Source of the DNA: a virus
Taxonomy: Duplodnaviria > Caudoviricetes
Strand: one strand, 5' to 3'
Virus record (IMG/VR): IMGVR_UViG_3300025732_000048
Coordinates: 1-56,413 of that record
DNA: 56,413 nt
Shown: piece after piece, positions 5,890 to 16,700 of the stretch
Numbering within the stretch: the first letter of the stretch is position 1
How the letters are laid out: each line of letters opens with the position of its first letter
The notes under the pieces: generated by a model
The model's database searches: none
The model's input: the letters and a program-made list of their open reading frames with translations, nothing else
Told to the model about the DNA's origin: nothing
Program-made: the position numbers and the translations under genes

Positions 5890-6047
5890 GTCTCAGTGAC
5901 ACTTATCGGCAGTGTTTTGCCGCCGATTGTTTATAGCGTCGCGGCGGCGTGATGGGGGCGGGCGGTTTTAAAATCGCTAACTACCCTAACCTACAGAGGT
6001 GACAAAACGCGAACGATATATCAATCTTATAAAATTTTTCCGGAAGT

Positions 6048-6206
6048 ATGATCAGTCTCAAAACCCCCCGCAGAGGACCTTATTGGAATTTTTGGAGAGT
6101 GGTACTCGCAGGTTGGATAATCAGATATCCAAAGACAATGGGTAGAATGGTATTAGTCCCCCTAGGGTTTTTGATAGTACTGATATATAATGCGGTAGTA
6201 AATTAA
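6048..6206 (+). CDS. Small putative membrane protein, 52 aa (not in ORF track)
   Basis: MISLKTPRRGPYWNFWRVVLAGWIIRYPKTMGRMVLVPLGFLIVLIYNAVVN; hydrophobic C-terminus. Confidence 0.6.
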   Translation: MISLKTPRRGPYWNFWRVVLAGWIIRYPKTMGRMVLVPLGFLIVLIYNAVVN

Positions 6207-6241
6207 GTTTTATTATAAAAAATTCCGAAAATATTTTTCAT

Positions 6242-6460
6242 ATGGAAAAGGTTTACCACATATATGCAAAGGATAGATGTTTATATCATTCTCTCAAGGA
6301 AGAAGAGTTTGAGAGAACTTGGAACACCTTGAAGAATATGGTTGGTCTTATGAAGACTGATTATGAGATGGATGATTTAAATTTCACAGAAATTACTGTA
6401 GGTATTGGTGGACACAAAGGGGACAAATCAGCAGAACCACCTGGATCTCCGTCATATTGA
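6242..6460 (+). CDS. Hypothetical cyanophage protein, 72 aa
   Basis: ORF track. Confidence 0.75.
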   Translation: MEKVYHIYAKDRCLYHSLKEEEFERTWNTLKNMVGLMKTDYEMDDLNFTEITVGIGGHKGDKSAEPPGSPSY

Positions 6461-6485
6461 CAAGGCATATATAGACTGTTAAAAT
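6457..6485 (+). promoter_or_regulatory. Sigma70-type promoter (extended -10)
   Basis: TTGACA-17bp-TAAAAT with TGn. Confidence 0.75.
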
Positions 6486-6509
6486 TGAGTTTGAAGGTTA
6501 CTAAACTTT

Positions 6510-7274
6510 ATGGCAAAAGGATTTACTGTAAAAGCAGCAGCACCAACACCCAAAGAAGATTGGGATATTGATGCGATTAAAGAAAGGATGCGAGGGAAGA
6601 GTATTGTATTCTGTCTACCTGGACGTGGATGCTCTTTTATTTTTCTGAAGAACTTTGTACAACTGTGCTTTGATATGGTACAGAATCAGATGAGTATTCA
6701 GATTTCACAAGATTATTCATCAATGGTAAACTTTGCACGTTGTAAGTGTCTTGGTGCCAATGTTCTTCGTGGTCCGAAACAAATTCCTTGGGATGGTAAA
6801 CTACAATATGATTATCAACTTTGGATTGACTCGGATATTGTCTTTGACACTAACAAGTTCTGGCAACTCTGTGATCTTGCTCTGAATGAAGAAGGAGAAG
6901 AGAAAGAAGTTGTTGCTGGTTGGTATGCCACAGAAGATGGACACACAACCTCTGTCGCACACTGGTTGGAAGAAGATGATTTCCGCAAGAATGGTGGAGT
7001 TATGAATCACGAAACTGTGGAATCAATCAGCAAGCGTCGTAAGCCATTCACTGTAGACTACACAGGTTTTGGTTGGGTTCTCATTAAGAAAGGTGTTTTT
7101 GAGAATCTTGAGTATCCTTGGTTTGCTCCAAAGATGCAAGTCTTTGAATCAGGTAATGTTCAGGACATGTGTGGAGAAGATGTTTCATTCTGTCTTGATG
7201 CTAAGGAAGCTGGATTTGATATCTGGTGTGATCCTCGTATTCGTGTTGGACATGAAAAAACTCGCATTATCTGA
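6510..7274 (+). CDS. GT-A (GT2-like) glycosyltransferase-fold protein
   Basis: YDYQLWIDSDIVF DxD motif; VDYTGFGWVLIKKGVFE; GEDVSFC; IRVGH. Confidence 0.8.
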   Translation: MAKGFTVKAAAPTPKEDWDIDAIKERMRGKSIVFCLPGRGCSFIFLKNFVQLCFDMVQNQMSIQISQDYSSMVNFARCKCLGANVLRGPKQIPWDGKLQYDYQLWIDSDIVFDTNKFWQLCDLALNEEGEEKEVVAGWYATEDGHTTSVAHWLEEDDFRKNGGVMNHETVESISKRRKPFTVDYTGFGWVLIKKGVFENLEYPWFAPKMQVFESGNVQDMCGEDVSFCLDAKEAGFDIWCDPRIRVGHEKTRII

Positions 7275-7429
7275 TGAACTATAACGTACTTTATAAAGGA
7301 CGTAAGATTTATATGGACCTCACTCCTGAAGAGTGTAGTGAGGTTCTACAAGATCTCTCAGAAAAGTTTTTCTCGGGAGATGATATTGACCCTAACTTTA
7401 TTGAACTGGAGGAAATTGTAAATGGCTAA
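7274..7429 (+). CDS. Hypothetical protein, 51 aa (not in ORF track)
   Basis: MNYNVLYKGRKIYMDLTPEECSEVLQDLSEKFFSGDDIDPNFIELEEIVNG; TGATG coupling. Confidence 0.7.
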   Translation: MNYNVLYKGRKIYMDLTPEECSEVLQDLSEKFFSGDDIDPNFIELEEIVNG

Positions 7430-7565
7430 AGGCGGCGGATCGAATAAGACTATTTTTGAACCTGGAGCACCGAAGAAGACTCGTCAAGGACGTTCTCCTC
7501 GTACACTACTCAGTGCGACCTCTCGTAATGGTCGTAAGAAAAAATATCGCGGACAAGGTAAATAG
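7422..7565 (+). CDS. Small basic protein ending KKYRGQGK, 47 aa (not in ORF track)
   Basis: MAKGGGSNKTIFEPGAPKKTRQGRSPRTLLSATSRNGRKKKYRGQGK; GGAGG SD upstream; C-terminal motif recalled from T4-like phages. Confidence 0.8.
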   Translation: MAKGGGSNKTIFEPGAPKKTRQGRSPRTLLSATSRNGRKKKYRGQGK

Positions 7566-7586
7566 TATTAACTAACATATGAATAT

Positions 7587-8270
7587 ATGTACCACTTAGA
7601 AGTATCTGATGAATGGAATGCAATTCATCCAGAAGATATGTGGGTATATAATAAACTATTCTTAAATCATCGTCTAGGGCATCTCTGCGGACCAGCAGGG
7701 TGCCCTGTTCCATTTTTAGGGGATTATATCGTTCGACCAAGTATTAATTTACTTGGAATGGGACGATTTTCTCGTATAGAAAGAATACAATATAGTACAG
7801 ATCACTTTCATCCATCTGAATTTTGGTGTGAACTATTTACAGGAATTCACTATAGTGTTGATTTTCAGTATCAAAAATCAGAATTGGTTGTTTTGGGTGA
7901 AAGAGATGATGATGAACCTCTTTACAAGTGGAAAAAGTGGACTAAAATTAACCATGAAGTAAAATTTCCTAACATTCTAAAGGATTTAAAGGGCAATTAT
8001 GAGTGGATAAATTGTGAATTTATAGGGAATAAACTCATAGAGGTACATTTTAGAAGAAATCCCGACTTCAGATATGGAAATAATATCGCAATTCCTGTAT
8101 GGAAAGGTGACAGACCTCAAAAAATTGAAAATTTTACTTTCGTAGAAGACAAAGACTACTTGAGAAAAGGATTTTTCATTGATTCACGGGATAGTAACCC
8201 CGTAAAAAGTTCTGATTTAACCAATCAGGAGCAAAAAAATGGAAGAAAAGATGTTAAGGGAGATCGCTAA
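7587..8270 (+). CDS. ATP-grasp-like protein
   Basis: YIVRPxxNLxGMG, FWCELFxGxHYSVD and INCEFIGNKLIEVHFRRNPD resemble ATP-grasp KP..GxG, EE..G.E.SVD and E...ExNxR motifs. Confidence 0.6.
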   Translation: MYHLEVSDEWNAIHPEDMWVYNKLFLNHRLGHLCGPAGCPVPFLGDYIVRPSINLLGMGRFSRIERIQYSTDHFHPSEFWCELFTGIHYSVDFQYQKSELVVLGERDDDEPLYKWKKWTKINHEVKFPNILKDLKGNYEWINCEFIGNKLIEVHFRRNPDFRYGNNIAIPVWKGDRPQKIENFTFVEDKDYLRKGFFIDSRDSNPVKSSDLTNQEQKNGRKDVKGDR

Positions 8271-8403
8271 TGACGATTTAACCCCCAAAAAACACGATTT
8301 CAAGGTTCAAAACGAAATTCATGAATTAATTCGTAATGATGATGACTATGATGACTGGGAATATGGTACAGAACCACTTTATGAATCAAAAAATCACGAA
8401 TAA
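8239..8403 (+). CDS. Acidic hypothetical protein, 54 aa (not in ORF track)
   Basis: MEEKMLREIANDDLTPKKHDF...DDYDDWEYGTEPLYESKNHE; AGGAG SD at 8227-8231. Confidence 0.7.
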   Translation: MEEKMLREIANDDLTPKKHDFKVQNEIHELIRNDDDYDDWEYGTEPLYESKNHE

Positions 8404-8406
8404 ATA
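8400..8406 (+). promoter_or_regulatory. T4-type late promoter upstream of gp25
   Basis: ATAAATA overlapping the upstream stop. Confidence 0.7.
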
Positions 8407-8426
8407 AGATAGAATTATAATATTCA

Positions 8427-8828
8427 ATGCCTCTAGAAAGGGTAAGTCAAGGTTTTAAGGATATTAGTATGACTTTTCAGAGCAATCCTCTGAACAGTGA
8501 CTTGATAGCACTCAAAAATGAGAGTGCTATTTCTCGTTCTATCCGAAATATTGTATTTACCCTTCCTGGTGAAAAGTTTTTTAATCCAAACTTTGGTTCC
8601 AGAGTCTCAAAAATACTTTTTGAGAACATTGATGAGATTGCAGCATCCAATATTAGAGATGAAATAGCGTCTTCTATTGTAAATTATGAACCAAGAGTTG
8701 AATTGATTGATGTTATTGTAAATCCAGACTATGACAACAACTCCTTTGATGCAATAATTCAGTATAGAATAGTAGGAATAGACGTTCCAACACAACAATT
8801 ACAATTCGTTTTGCAACCAACTAGGTAA
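8427..8828 (+). CDS. gp25: Baseplate wedge subunit gp25
   Basis: AISRSIRNIVFTLPGEKFFNPNFGS...YEPRV; position before gp6. Confidence 0.93.
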   Translation: MPLERVSQGFKDISMTFQSNPLNSDLIALKNESAISRSIRNIVFTLPGEKFFNPNFGSRVSKILFENIDEIAASNIRDEIASSIVNYEPRVELIDVIVNPDYDNNSFDAIIQYRIVGIDVPTQQLQFVLQPTR

Positions 8829-8829
8829 A

Positions 8830-10755
8830 ATGCCACTAGTAAACTTTTCTAATCTGGACTTTGACCAGGTTAAAACAACACTTAAGGATTATTTAAAAGC
8901 TAATCCTAACTTTACTGATTATGATTTTGAAGGATCTAATCTTTCAACAATACTTGATGTTTTGGCATACAACACCTATATTACTTCATATAATGCCAAC
9001 ATGGTTGCAAATGAAGTTTTTATTGATAGTGCCACAATTAGAGAAAATGTAGTTTCTCTGGCAAGAAATATTGGATATGTGCCACGTTCAAGAAAAGCAG
9101 CATCTGCTACAGTATCTTTCTTTGTAGATGTTTCAAATGTAACTCCAGCACCTGCTTCCCTGACTTTAAAAAAAGGAATTGTTGCTACTTCCTCTGGAAA
9201 TTTTGGAAATCAGTCTTTTATATTTTCTATCCTTGATGATGTAACGGTTCCAGTTTTTAATCAAGTAGCGACTTTTACAGATTTAGAAATACATGAAGGA
9301 GTTTTATTAACCAATAACTTTACATATTCGTCTAGAAATCCAAATCAAAAATATATTTTACCAAACTCCGGTATTGATACAGAACTTATATCGGTAACGG
9401 TAAAATCTAACGAAAACGCAACAACTTCTGTGAAGTATGCGTATCAAGATAGTTTGTTTGATATTGATTCAACATCAAATGTATATTTTCTTCAAGAAAT
9501 TGAAGATGAAAGATATGAATTGATTTTTGGTGATGGAATTTTTGGAAAACAGTTGGAAGAGGGTAATTTTATTACTGTAGATTATATTACTTCCAATGGA
9601 GACAGTGCCAATGGAGTTGGTAGTTTCAATTTTTCTGGAAGACTGACATATACAAGAAACTCTATCGAATATACGGTAACATCTGGCATTTCACTTCTAA
9701 CTACTGGCGTTTCTTCTAGAGGTGGGGAAAATATTGAATCTGTAGAGTCGATTAAAAAATATGCTCCAAGAATTTACGCTTCACAAAATAGAGCATTAAC
9801 TTCAAATGACTTTGAAACTTTGATTCCCTCAAAAATTTATCCAGAAACTGAAGCAATTTCTGTATTTGGTGGAGAAGAGTTGATTCCTCCTCAGTATGGA
9901 AAAGTATTCATAAGCATCAAACCTAGATTTGGAGACTTTCTTCCAAATTTAGAAAAAGAAAGTATTAAACTAAAACTAAAAAAATATGCTGTAGCAGGAA
10001 TAGTTCCAGAAATATTAGACCTAAAATATTTGTATGTTGAAGTTAACTCTAAGGTTTACTACAATACCAATCTGGCACCATCATCAGCATTTGTATCAAG
10101 TATAGTACAGTCTAATGCTACCAAGTATTCAGAATCTACTGAGTTGAATAGATATGGAGCTAGATTTAAGTATAGTAAGTTTTTGTCAATGATTGATAAT
10201 AGTCACGAATCTATTACTTCAAACATTACTACCATTCAAATGAGAAGAGATTTGAGAGTGCTTTTGAACACATTTGCTGAATATCAAATTGGATTTGGAA
10301 ATGAATTCCATATTTCTAGTATGGATGGATATAATATTAAGTCTAGCGGATTTCAAGTAGCAGGTATTTCTCAAACGGTTTATTTGGGAGATATTCCAAA
10401 TACAAATAGAGAAACTGGATCTATATTCTTGTTTAATGTTGGGTCAGCAAATTCAAGAACTTCAACTATTTTAAGAAGAAATGCTGGAACAATAGATTAT
10501 AAAAATGGAGTAATAACTTTAAATCCAATAAACATTCAATCTGGAAAAATCAAAGATGGCCAACCAACTATTGAAATTTCTGTTGTACCTAGATCAAATG
10601 ATGTTATTGGAAAACAGGATCTTTATTTACAACTAGATATTAATAGCAGTAATTTTGAAATGGTTGTTGATGAAATTGCTTCTGGATTAGATCCAGCAGC
10701 ATCCAAATACATTGTCTCTTCAAGCTACAGTAACGGGAACCTAGTAAGATTGTAA
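8830..10755 (+). CDS. gp6: Baseplate wedge subunit gp6
   Basis: LDFDQVK...FTDYDFEGSNLSTILDVLAYNT; FGDGIFG; QNRALT; PQYGKVFISIKP. Confidence 0.95.
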   Translation: MPLVNFSNLDFDQVKTTLKDYLKANPNFTDYDFEGSNLSTILDVLAYNTYITSYNANMVANEVFIDSATIRENVVSLARNIGYVPRSRKAASATVSFFVDVSNVTPAPASLTLKKGIVATSSGNFGNQSFIFSILDDVTVPVFNQVATFTDLEIHEGVLLTNNFTYSSRNPNQKYILPNSGIDTELISVTVKSNENATTSVKYAYQDSLFDIDSTSNVYFLQEIEDERYELIFGDGIFGKQLEEGNFITVDYITSNGDSANGVGSFNFSGRLTYTRNSIEYTVTSGISLLTTGVSSRGGENIESVESIKKYAPRIYASQNRALTSNDFETLIPSKIYPETEAISVFGGEELIPPQYGKVFISIKPRFGDFLPNLEKESIKLKLKKYAVAGIVPEILDLKYLYVEVNSKVYYNTNLAPSSAFVSSIVQSNATKYSESTELNRYGARFKYSKFLSMIDNSHESITSNITTIQMRRDLRVLLNTFAEYQIGFGNEFHISSMDGYNIKSSGFQVAGISQTVYLGDIPNTNRETGSIFLFNVGSANSRTSTILRRNAGTIDYKNGVITLNPINIQSGKIKDGQPTIEISVVPRSNDVIGKQDLYLQLDINSSNFEMVVDEIASGLDPAASKYIVSSSYSNGNLVRL

Positions 10756-10759
10756 TAAC

Positions 10760-13700
10760 ATGTCAGAAAAAAGAATTCAAATTAAAGACGTTGTAAAGAA
10801 TCAAATTCCCCAATACATCAAAGAGGATTTTCCTCTTGTTGGAGAATTTTTATCTCAATATTATCTTGCTCAGGAATTTCAAGGAGCACCTATTGATTTA
10901 CTTCAAAATATTGACAAGTATGTAAAAGTTGATTCTATAACTGAGTTAAAAAATTCAACAGTTCTTGGATCTGATATAAGTGAATTTGACGAAAATATAA
11001 CTATTAGTCTTTTGGATTCTGAAACTGGAACTAAAGGATTTCCTGAAAAGTATGGTTTGATTTCCATTGACAATGAACTTATTGTATATGAAAGCAAAAC
11101 TGACAGTGCATTTATTAATTGCTACAGAGGATTTAGTGGAATTGTAGCCTATAAAAATACCAATGTAGGAATAGCGGCTACTTATAAATTAAAATCGAGT
11201 GATGAACTTATTTTTAAGGAGTCCAATGCAGCATCCCACAAAGAAGGGACAGAAATCTTTAATCTCAGTAGCCTTTTCCTACAAGAATTTTTAATTAAAA
11301 CTAAGTATCAAATCGCACCTGGGTTTGAAAATAGAAGTTTTGTTGATAAAGTCAATGAATCTCTATTACTAAAACAGATAAAAGATTTTTATAGAAGTAA
11401 AGGAACTGATAGATCTTTTGAAATTTTATTCAAGGCTTTATATGGAGAAGATGTAAAGATTATAAGACCAAAAGATTTACTCTTTAGACCATCGGATGCT
11501 CAATACAAAGTAACTAATGATCTAGTTGTCGAATTAATTTCTGGTCCAATTGAAGAGATATCAAATCTTACTTTGTTCCAGAACGAATATCTAGATTTAA
11601 CAAAATCTTATGGAACTGTATCTGAAATAGAGACAATAACTTCCGATGATAATAGAGTATTTTATAAATTAAAAATTGATGGTGGATACAATAGGGACCC
11701 AGCTTTTGATGGGGCAATTTACGGAAAGTTTTCTGTTCACTCAAAAACACGTTCGATTGGAAAAACTTTAGCAGGTTCCACATCAATAGATGTAGATTCT
11801 ACTGTAGGATTTTCAACTCAAGGAGAGGTTTATGTTCAATTCTTTGATGGAACTACCGGAGTTGTATCTTACGATTCTAAGACAATAAATCAGTTTCTTG
11901 GATGCTCTAATATAACATCTGATATTTTAGATAATTCTATTGTCGGTATCAACACATATGCTGTAGCCACAACTGCCTCCGGAGAAGAAATTAGAGTTCG
12001 CATAAATTCCATTCTTAATAGTGTAAACATAGATTCTCCAAACTATTTTTACGCTAAGGGAGACACCGCAACTATTCCTACATTTGGATTCCAAGGTAAT
12101 ACTCCTTTAGATAATGATTGGGTTTTTAACACAGCAGCAACTTATAACATCTTATCTTATGAAGTGGTTGACTCTTCAGATAAGACTTATAGTGTAACAT
12201 TTAACAATAGGCACTCTTTCCAAATAGGAGATTTGTTAGAAATAATTGAGAATGAAGTTGCTACAAGACAAGCAAATGTAATTGATATTTTGTCAGAGAA
12301 GACAATAGTAATAAATGGTCAGGGCGATCTAAATGGGGATGCTCTTAAAGTTAGGAGAAAAGTTCTAAAAGTAGATTCTTATAATTATACCAATATAAAT
12401 CTACTATCAGCAAACATTCAAAATGTTTATAGAGACGGAGAAAAACTACTAGTAGCATCTCCATCCATACCAAGTTATGTTAATCAACAACTTAAAGTTA
12501 CAAATCGTTCTGTAACTTTCTCGGGAACCTATCAAGGAGAAACCATACAATTAACTTCTTTAGAAGATCACGGGTTTTACACTGGAGACTCTGTTTACTA
12601 TACACCAGAAGAATCTACGGTAACTTCTGTAGATGCTGATGGAAACTCCTCAACCTCAACTGTAGTGGCGAGTTCTCTATTTGATGAAGGGGAAGGGATA
12701 TATTTTATTAAAAGAATTGATGCTAATAATGTAAAATTTGCTAAGAGTAAATCTGATATTTTAAACGAAAAATTTGTAAGCGTAGTAAATCAAACTACTG
12801 TAACAAATAATAGAATAGAACCATATGAATTTTATAATAAATCTTTAAATTCACAAAAACTTTTAAGAGAAGTTTCTGCCTCATTACCAACAAAGACTGC
12901 TGTAAAAACACTACCTGGATTCACCGGTATATTGGTAAATGGAGTAGAAATATTAAATTATAAGAGTAAGGATAAAATTTTCTATGGTCCTATTGAAGGT
13001 ATTGAAGTACTGTCGGGTGGAAATAATTATGATATCATCAATCCCCCACAAATAGTAATATCCGATTCCATTGGAAGTGGGGCAACCGGAAACTGTTCTG
13101 TTTCAGGATCTCTTGTTGAAGTAAGAATTATTGATCCAGGATTTGATTACTTAGATACTCCTGTTGTAAAAATAACAGGAGGGAATGGTACTGGGGCAAA
13201 AGCAAGAGCTAATATGAAATTAGTCTCTCATGAAGTTTTATTTAATACTGAAGAGAAGTCTGCCCAAGTTTCTGTTGGGGCAACATTATCTGTTATTGGA
13301 TTTAGTACTTCTCATAAATTTAGAAATGCTGAATCTGTAGTTTATAAAACTTTCGGACAGAAATCTGTAAGTGGATTAACAACAAATTCAACTTACTATG
13401 TTTCAGTAGCATCTTCAACATCCGTAAAGTTACATAAAACTTTTGGAGATGCTGTTTCTGGAATAAACACAATAACTCTAAGTGATTATGGAGTAGGAAA
13501 TCATTCACTAGAGTCTGTAAATAAGAAGTCTATTTTAGCTTCTATATCAGTTGAAAGTTCGGGAATTGGATATCAGAATAAAAAACGTCAAGTTTCTTTA
13601 ATAGGAATCAACACATCAACTGATTCAATTCATATTGCAAATCATGATTTTTCATCAGGAGAAGTTGTAAAGTATTCTACTGAAGGAACTGTAATAGGTG

Positions 13701-16700
13701 GTCTAACAAATAACACAAACTATTATATTACAAAAATAGACGATGATAGTTTCAGACTTTCTGAGGTTGGAAGCGGTGAATATAGTGAGGACTTCTATTA
13801 TAGAACGAATCAATACATTAATATCACATCAAGTAATTCTGATCAACATACATTTAACTATCCAGATATAAGCGTTTCTCTCATTGGAAATGTAGGGATT
13901 TCTTCAGAATATAAGGCACAAATACAACCAATTTTCCGAGGTTCTATACAATCTGTACATGTGGTATCTGGTGGTTCATCTTATGGAATTGAAGATATAT
14001 TTGGTATTGAAAGAGAACCAAATATATCTATTGTAAGTGGAGTTAACGCAGAGTTTCAACCAATAATTTCTAATGGGAAAATAGTACAAGTTCTCGTTAA
14101 TAACGTTGGTAGAAATTATACATCTTCCCCAGATTTAGTAATTTCTGGTTCCGGAACTGGTGCCGTATTAACTCCTATTGTAGTTAACAATCAAATAGTT
14201 GAAGTTAGAGTAATTGATGGTGGTGGTGGTTATGCTCAAGATTCTACTTTAATATCATCTATTCATCCAGGAACTGGAGCAGAATTTAAAGCAAAAATAA
14301 AATCTTGGACTGTTAATCTTTTCCAGAAGTATATAAACAAAGTCACTGATGATGACGGATTTTTATCATTAGGAACTAATCCGGATTATGGATTACAATA
14401 TAGCCATCTTTATGCCCCAAGAAAGCTAAGAGAAATATTATTCTCTAGAGAACAAGGAGGTGGAATTTTATATTCAAATCCAGATTTAAGAATTTCAAAT
14501 TCTGTTGAGATAGCATCTACCGATCACTCACCAATTATTGGTTGGGCTTATGATGGAAATCCAATTTATGGTCCATATGGATATTCATCAAAGTCGGGTG
14601 GAGTAGTATCCCAAATGAAGAGTGGATACAGACTAGAACTTAATCCAAATAGACCATCAGTAAACCAATTCCCAGAAGGATTTTTTGTTGAAGATTATGT
14701 TCACTACGCATCGGAAGATGAAACTATCTTAGATGAGAATAATGGAAGATTTTGTATTACTCCAGAATATCCAAACGGAACTTACGCATATTTTACTACT
14801 ATCAATAGCTTTAGTGTAGAATCTTCTGGTCCTTTTACAAAGTATAAGAAACCAGTTTTCCCATACTTAATAGGAAACGCATTTAAATCAAAACCAAATG
14901 AATTTAATTTTGATAGATTTTCTAATCAGGATATTATAGATTTTAATGACACAAATTGGATTAGAAATACATATCCATACAACATAACAGAAGATGAGTC
15001 AACTTACGAATACATTACAATACCAAATAATTTAAATCAAACAATAGATGTTGTTGGAGTTTCTCCCGGTTCTGTTGATAGTGTTGGCATATTAACAGGA
15101 GGAAATAACTATAGAGTAAATGATTCTATTGATTTCAACAATTTGGATATTAATGGCAATATCAGAGGATATTCTGCGTCAGCTATTGTATCTAAAGTTA
15201 GTGGAAAACAAGTCTCCAGTGTTAGTGTAGCAAGTAGTACTTTATCTAATGTAGAAATTTATCCAATAGGAAACAGAGGAGAATATGTATTCTATTCCGA
15301 TGTTCCACACAATTTTACAAACTTCGATCTAGTTTCTATTTCTGGATTATCTACAACCTCTTCTTTAATAGAGGGTAATTATATTGCCGGAATAGAAACG
15401 AGTAAGTTTGCTTTAGTTGGACTTGGTACAACATCTATTGGAATCTCTACTGTTGGAATAACCGGTATAGTAACTTATATTTCTGTTTCTGGAAGTCTTG
15501 GATTCTTGAATATAAGAGAAAATGATATTCTATTACTAAATGATGAAAAAGTAAAAGTTTTAAACATTGATAGTATTTCTTCTAGGTTAAGAATTTTAAG
15601 ACAGATTGATGGAACTGTTGGAGTTTCTCATACTGTTACGACTGTCTTATACGAAAAGTCAAGAAAATTAAGAATTAACTCTGGATTTAAAACTGATTAT
15701 ACTTATTCTGTTAACAAACAAATTTATTTCTCTCCAGGAGAATCAGTTTCAATAGGTACAGACTCGTCTTTAGGAGCAGGGTCTACTGTTATTTTCTCAA
15801 ATCCTGGAGCAGGATTGACACAAGTATTCATTGGAAATGGATTAATTTATCTACCAAATCACGATCTCAATACTGGAGATTTGCTGACATACAATACAAA
15901 CGATGGAAGTCCAATAACAGTTTACTCTACAGGTATTGGTGCAACAACCTTATTTGATGATTCTGATGTATATGTCGCAAAATATGACGACAACTTCATA
16001 GGAATCTCAACAGTAAAAGTTGGACTAGGATCTACAGGATTTTTCTCTGGCATTTCTTCAGAGACTAGTTCTATAACTCCACTCTTCTTCACTGGAATTG
16101 GTACAGGTGTTTATCATAGTTTTAAAACTAATTATTCTGTCATAACAGGAACAGTATCTAGAAATATAGTCACAGTTTCTACTGCCCAAACTCATGGACT
16201 TATTAGTGGAAATTTTGTTGATGTGGATGTAAATCCATCAATAACAACATCAGTGACTGTTAAGTATGATGATTATAATAGAAAAGTTTTAATCAATCCA
16301 AAATCATTTGCTGCTTTAGATGTAGACACTACAAACAATACAATAACATTATCAAATCACAATTTTAAAACTGGGGATAAAGTTATTCATACCTCACAAT
16401 CTCCTTCTGCAGGATTAACAAATGAGGGTATCTATTATATTATATTTGTAGATAAAAATAATATTAAACTTTCTAATACTTACTATAATTCTAAAAAACT
16501 AATACCAGATGTTATCAGTATCACCAGTGCTTCTACGGGAACATTATCTTTAGTAAATCCACCAATCAAAGTTTATAGAGATTCTGTTGTTGAATTTGAT
16601 TTATCAGATTCTTCGCTATCTTACGAATATCAATCAATAAGATATTCTGCTTTTAGATTTGAAGTTTATCTTGATAGAGAATTTAGAGAAATATTTGATA

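Noticed and set aside
4727-6047. tRNA genes in the non-coding gaps
   Set aside because: No cloverleaf with T-loop GTTCRA and matching acceptor stem found.
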